64,000 bases of DNA from Candidatus Latescibacterota bacterium (GTDB lineage: Bacteria; Latescibacterota; UBA2968; UBA8231): assembly GCA_965217585.1 (NCBI GenBank), contig OZ244561.1:4128001-4192000 (forward strand), in the 5' to 3' direction. Both the position numbers and the translations under genes were made by a program. Every line of letters starts with the position of its first letter. Position 1 is the first letter of the stretch. Below the pieces are notes generated by a model. The model did not search any database. It was not told the origin of the DNA and was given only the letters and a program-made list of their open reading frames with translations. This document shows positions 59,773-64,000 of this stretch, one piece after another.

Positions 59773-60669
59773 TTATCGATTCTTACCGTTATCGTTGAGC
59801 AGTTGGTCTAGTTGAGCGCGTTTTTCGGGGGCCATGTGCGCTGCGTTTTCGGCCGTGGGGAAGTGGCCTTCGGCGACTTCTCGGCAGTACGTTTTGAACA
59901 TTTCGAGCCAATCTTGGCGCGTTTGGCCGTAGGCTTTGGTCAGGATTAGGTCTTCTTCGTTGAGGCCGACGAGGTCGTGGACGATCAGCACTTGGCCGTC
60001 GCAATAGCGGCCAGCGCCGATGCCGATGACTGGAATTTTGAGCCGCTCGGCGACGGCTTGGGCGGCCTCTTCAGTGACCATCTCCAAGACCAAGGAGAAC
60101 ACGCCAGCGTCCTCCAAGCGCAGGGCTTGCTCGACGAGGGCTTTGGCCCCCTTCGGCCCCTTGCCGTGAAATTTGGGCACGGTGCCGCGCCGGTCGCTGA
60201 ATAGGTAGAATTCGCGGGCTTGGGACTGCGGGGTAAACCCGAGATGGCCGACGACTGGAATGCCGGCGTCAACGATGGCTTTTAGCTGCGGCAAGACCGG
60301 CAGGCCGCCCTCTAATTTGACGCCTTCGGCCCCGCCCTCCTGAACCAAGCGTCCGGCGTTTTTGACCGCAGTCTCGACCGACGGCTGAAAGGACATGAAG
60401 GGTAGATCGGCGAGGAGAAAGGCCCGGCGCACTGCCCGGCGCACTGCCCGCAGGTGGTGGAGGATGTCTTCCATGGTCACCTGCTGCGGGCCGCGATAGC
60501 CCAAGACGTTGGTGCCCACGGAGTCGCCGACCAAGATCACGTCGAGGCCGGCTTCGTCTTGCAGCGCGGCCGTGGGGTAGTCGTAGGCCGTCAACATGCA
60601 GATCTTCTGGCCCCGCTCCTTTTTGGACTGGAGCGAAGAAACGGTGATTTTATTGGTCGTCGTCGCCAT
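59773..60669 (-). CDS. panB: 3-methyl-2-oxobutanoate hydroxymethyltransferase
   Basis: LTAYD, LVGDS, VKLEGG, GHLGFTPQ, GIGAG..CDGQVL. Confidence 0.96.
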   Translation of the reverse strand: MATTTNKITVSSLQSKKERGQKICMLTAYDYPTAALQDEAGLDVILVGDSVGTNVLGYRGPQQVTMEDILHHLRAVRRAVRRAFLLADLPFMSFQPSVETAVKNAGRLVQEGGAEGVKLEGGLPVLPQLKAIVDAGIPVVGHLGFTPQSQAREFYLFSDRRGTVPKFHGKGPKGAKALVEQALRLEDAGVFSLVLEMVTEEAAQAVAERLKIPVIGIGAGRYCDGQVLIVHDLVGLNEEDLILTKAYGQTRQDWLEMFKTYCREVAEGHFPTAENAAHMAPEKRAQLDQLLNDNGKNR

Positions 60670-60781
60670 GGCAGCGGAGGAGCAAGTTTACAGGCGATAG
60701 TATAGAGCGGCGCACCTTGCGCGGCAAGCCTGTCGGCGGCTTACCTTGCCTAGGCGAATCATTTGGCACAGCTTCACTTTT

Positions 60782-61948
60782 ATGCAGGCGAAATTCGATT
60801 TTATTCACGCCGAATTGGCGCGGCGGCAACAAGCTGGGCAGATGCGGTCGTTGCGGACTTGGGAGCCGTGCGGTGGCGCGCGAGTTCGCGCCCATGGCCG
60901 CGAGTTGGTCAATTTTAGCTCCAATGATTATCTCGGCTTGGCGTCGCATCCGCTCTTGCAGGCGCGGGCCGTTGAGTTCGTTGAGCGCTACGGGACCGGT
61001 GCCACGGCCGCGCGCTTGGTTTGTGGCTCGCAGCCGGGCTTTGCACAGGTAGAGCAGACTTTGGCTGGGCTCAAGCAGGTCGAGCGGGCGCTGGTGCTCA
61101 ATTCTGGATATCAGGCCAATATTTCGCTGTTGCCGACGCTGGTCGACCGGCGTGCGCTTATCCTGCTCGACCGGCTCTGCCACAACAGTTTGGTGCAAGG
61201 GGCGGTTTTGGGGCGCTGTCGGATGCGGCGCTACCGCCACGGTGACTTGGATCACCTGTGCGCCCTGCTGGCGGAAAGCGCAGGGGCGGAACATTCGCGC
61301 CGGGTGATTGTCACCGAATCGGTATTTAGTATGGACGGCGACGTCAGCGACATCGACGCGCTCGTTGAGTTGGCTGGGGAATTCGACGCGCTGCTGGTCA
61401 TCGACGAAGCGCACGCCACGGGCGTTTTGGGCGAGCAGGGGATGGGGCTGACGTGCGGCAAGGCCGTGGACGTATGCGTCGGCACGTTCGGCAAGGCCCT
61501 CGGGTCTTTTGGGGCGTACGTGGCCTGCGGTGAGAAGCTGTGGGAGTACTTGGTCAACTGCTGCCCGGGGTTTATCTATACGACCGCGCTGCCGCCAGCC
61601 GTCTTGGGTGCAGTGGATGCGGCGCTAGAGCTGGTGCCGCAAATGGATGCACAGCGCCGAACCTTGCTCGGCCATGCCGAGTATTTGCGCGGCGCGCTCA
61701 GGGCGCAAGGCTGGGACACGGGCGCGGCGACCGCGCAAATTGTACCGCTGATGGTGGGTGCGGAGGACGAAGCGCTGGCCCTGAACGCCTATCTAGAAGA
61801 AAACGGCATCCTAGCCGCGGCCATTCGCCCTCCCTCGGTCGAGCCGGGCCGGGCGCGGATTCGCTTGGCGCTCAGCGCCCTGCACCAGCAAAGCGATCTC
61901 GATATGCTAATTGGATTGCTACAGAAGTGGCGCAATGGCCGGCGTTGA
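60782..61948 (+). CDS. bioF: 8-amino-7-oxononanoate synthase
   Basis: SSNDYLGL, SGYQAN, VFSMDGD, DEAH, GTFGKA. Confidence 0.95.
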   Translation: MQAKFDFIHAELARRQQAGQMRSLRTWEPCGGARVRAHGRELVNFSSNDYLGLASHPLLQARAVEFVERYGTGATAARLVCGSQPGFAQVEQTLAGLKQVERALVLNSGYQANISLLPTLVDRRALILLDRLCHNSLVQGAVLGRCRMRRYRHGDLDHLCALLAESAGAEHSRRVIVTESVFSMDGDVSDIDALVELAGEFDALLVIDEAHATGVLGEQGMGLTCGKAVDVCVGTFGKALGSFGAYVACGEKLWEYLVNCCPGFIYTTALPPAVLGAVDAALELVPQMDAQRRTLLGHAEYLRGALRAQGWDTGAATAQIVPLMVGAEDEALALNAYLEENGILAAAIRPPSVEPGRARIRLALSALHQQSDLDMLIGLLQKWRNGRR

Positions 61949-62576
61949 CGTGGTTGCCCAACACGGGTGGGGCTTTGGCGCTTGGAGTTGGAACCACTGG
62001 CGGGATCTCTTACCCGCTGGCTTTGTGCTGCACTGCCCAGACCGAGGGTATTTCGGTCCAGCAGTGGCGGTCGCGGCCCAGCCTCGCATCGTCTTGGCGC
62101 ACTCTCTCGGCTTGCACCTGTTGTCACCGCAGCTATGTGCGGCGGCGGAGTTGATCGTGGTCATCGGTGGCTTCCGCAGCTTTCACTCCCCGTGTGCCCG
62201 CCAAGCCCGGCGCTCGCGCCGCATGGTAGAGCAGATGCTCGCGCGCTTGGAGCGCGAGCCAGCGGCCTTGTTGGCCGATTTTTACGCCCGCTGTGGCGCG
62301 TTGCCCGACAGTCGCTGGCCCGGGACCATTGACGTCGGTAGTCTGCGCCGCGATTTGCAATTGTTGCAGGAGAGCGTGCTGGAACTAGCCGCGATACCGG
62401 TGGCAGCACAGGTACTCATTTTGCACGGCAGCCGCGACCGCGTGGTGCCCGTAGAGCGGGCCGAGGAGTTGTGCGAACTGCTGCCTAACAGCGCGCTTGC
62501 CATCGTCGCGGAGGCGGGCCACGCGCTGCCCCTGACGCATGCCCGTGCGTGTTGGGAGCGAGTTGAACGGGCTTGA
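61935..62576 (+). CDS. Alpha/beta hydrolase, probable pimeloyl-ACP methyl ester esterase (BioH-like)
   Basis: HGWG, AHSLG, HG..D.VVP, AGHALP; lies between bioF and bioC. Confidence 0.8.
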   Translation: MAGVDVVAQHGWGFGAWSWNHWRDLLPAGFVLHCPDRGYFGPAVAVAAQPRIVLAHSLGLHLLSPQLCAAAELIVVIGGFRSFHSPCARQARRSRRMVEQMLARLEREPAALLADFYARCGALPDSRWPGTIDVGSLRRDLQLLQESVLELAAIPVAAQVLILHGSRDRVVPVERAEELCELLPNSALAIVAEAGHALPLTHARACWERVERA

Positions 62577-63400
62577 CGCGGGATGCCGCCTGTATGAAGG
62601 AAGCGAGTTTCAAAGCGCGCGTCGTCGAGAATTTCTCCCGCAGCGCCTCGACGTACGACTGCCATGCTGAGGAGCAGCGCACTGGTGCCGCCACCTTGGC
62701 CAAATTCGCTGCCGAATGCGCCGAAAACCTAGTGGAGGGCCCCGTGCTCGAAATCGGTTGCGGCACGGGCTTTTTGAGCGCGTCTTTGGCCGCGCTCTTC
62801 CCCGAGCGGCGCTTGGAGCTGACCGACCTTGCGCCGGCCATGGTCGCGCATTGTCGACAAAAAATGGCCGCCGAGGCCGCCCATCCAGACATCCGCTACC
62901 GGGTCTTGGACGGGGAGCAGCTAGCAAGCGAGGGACGCTACGCCTTGATCTGCGCCAGCTTTGTGGTTCACTGGTTCGCCGATTTGCGCGCGGGCCTACA
63001 GCAGCTATTGGCCGCGCTCAAACCCGGCGGGCAATTGCTCTGCTCCTATCCGGGGGCGGGTTCATACGCCGAATGGCACCGCCAATGTGCGCGCCAAGGC
63101 ATCCCCTGCAGCGCCAATGCCTTGCCCGACTTAGCGTCCGTCGCCCGCGTGTTCGCCGCCGAGCCGGTCGCAGTGCGCCAATGGGAACAGGTGCTCGCGC
63201 TGCGCTTTCCGACTGCGCATGCCTTTTTGCGCCACCTCAAGCGCACGGGTGCCCACACGTCGGCGCAGCTGAGTGCCCTCGGTCCAGCGCAATTGCGCCG
63301 GCTCCTGCGCGGCTGGGATCGCGACTGCCCCAACGGCGTGGAGATTACATGCGCTGTTCATTATTTAGCTGTCGAGAAAGCGGGGGGCTGTGGCGGCTGA
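62573..63400 (+). CDS. bioC: Malonyl-ACP O-methyltransferase
   Basis: FSRSASTYD..A..Q, LEIGCGTG, LKRTGA; bio operon context. Confidence 0.88.
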   Translation: MTRDAACMKEASFKARVVENFSRSASTYDCHAEEQRTGAATLAKFAAECAENLVEGPVLEIGCGTGFLSASLAALFPERRLELTDLAPAMVAHCRQKMAAEAAHPDIRYRVLDGEQLASEGRYALICASFVVHWFADLRAGLQQLLAALKPGGQLLCSYPGAGSYAEWHRQCARQGIPCSANALPDLASVARVFAAEPVAVRQWEQVLALRFPTAHAFLRHLKRTGAHTSAQLSALGPAQLRRLLRGWDRDCPNGVEITCAVHYLAVEKAGGCGG

Positions 63401-64000
63401 ACTCCCCTCGCGCTTGTTCGTCACCGGCACGGATACGGGCGTCGGCAAGTCCTATGTCGCGGCCCTGCTAGCCGTGGGGCTGGAGGCCGCCTATTGGAAG
63501 CCCGTGCAAAGCGGAGCCGATGCGGACGCCGATTGGGTGCGGCGCGTCACCGGCCTACCGGCTGAGCGCGTCCTGCCGGAGACCTATCGCTTGCGCGCCC
63601 CCCTGTCGCCGCACGAGGCGGCCCGGCGCGAGGGCGTGCAGATCGAGATGAGCCGCTTTGTGCTGCCCAAGCGGAAGCGCTTGATCGTCGAAGGGGCTGG
63701 CGGGGTTATGGTACCGCTCGACGACCGGTATCTGATGGTCGATCTGATGGCTGCTCTGGGGCTGCCGGTGCTGGTGGTGGCGCGCAGCGAATTGGGCACC
63801 ATTAATCACACCCTATTGACGCTGGACCAATTGCGCCGCCGAGGTTGCTCGCTTTTGGGCGTGGTGGTCAACGGCCCCCCCAACCCAGCCAACTGCCGAG
63901 CTATTGCCCACTACGGAGAGGTGCCGGTGCTGGCCGCAATCAACCGCCGGGTAGAGCTGTCGCCCGCCAAGGTCCGGGCGCTTTTTGCTCGCTATTTTGG
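63390..64000 (+). CDS. bioD: Dethiobiotin synthetase (runs off window end)
   Basis: Manual translation from GTG 63390: LFVTGTDTGVGKS, YWKPVQSG, PLSPH, VEGAGG, LGTINHT. Confidence 0.95.
   Translation, partial: MAAELPSRLFVTGTDTGVGKSYVAALLAVGLEAAYWKPVQSGADADADWVRRVTGLPAERVLPETYRLRAPLSPHEAARREGVQIEMSRFVLPKRKRLIVEGAGGVMVPLDDRYLMVDLMAALGLPVLVVARSELGTINHTLLTLDQLRRRGCSLLGVVVNGPPNPANCRAIAHYGEVPVLAAINRRVELSPAKVRALFARYF

Overview
GC-rich bacterial chromosomal window, mostly housekeeping and metabolic genes. These include tmRNA, hprA-like dehydrogenase, a tamB-tamA-like outer-membrane assembly operon, queC/queE, metG, polA, threonine aldolase, a TPR lytic transglycosylase, aceE-aceF-lpdA, an AGCS symporter, panB and bioF-H-C-D. 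Several orphan catabolic enzymes (PhyH dioxygenases, Zn-dehydrogenases, IolD-like TPP enzyme, FAH, creatininase family) are also present. Accessory patches: a type I restriction hsdR just downstream of tmRNA; a 16.5-20.2 kb nuclease/toxin-antitoxin islet; HigBA; a nonsense-split yhcG; a decayed IS4-family element; two copies of a MITE-like element; and two lower-GC gene remnants. The best leads are (1) an unassigned ~300-nt structured transcript at 28.1-28.4 kb with its own promoter, a strong SD plus 12-codon ORF, and a terminator; (2) a BrnT toxin whose antitoxin N-terminus is fused in frame to a PD-(D/E)XK nuclease; (3) tandem palindromic coding units inside yhcG; (4) the MITE-like element; and (5) repeated clean internal deletions, including an in-frame half-length ilvD. 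All calls come from motif recognition by eye; no database searches were run.
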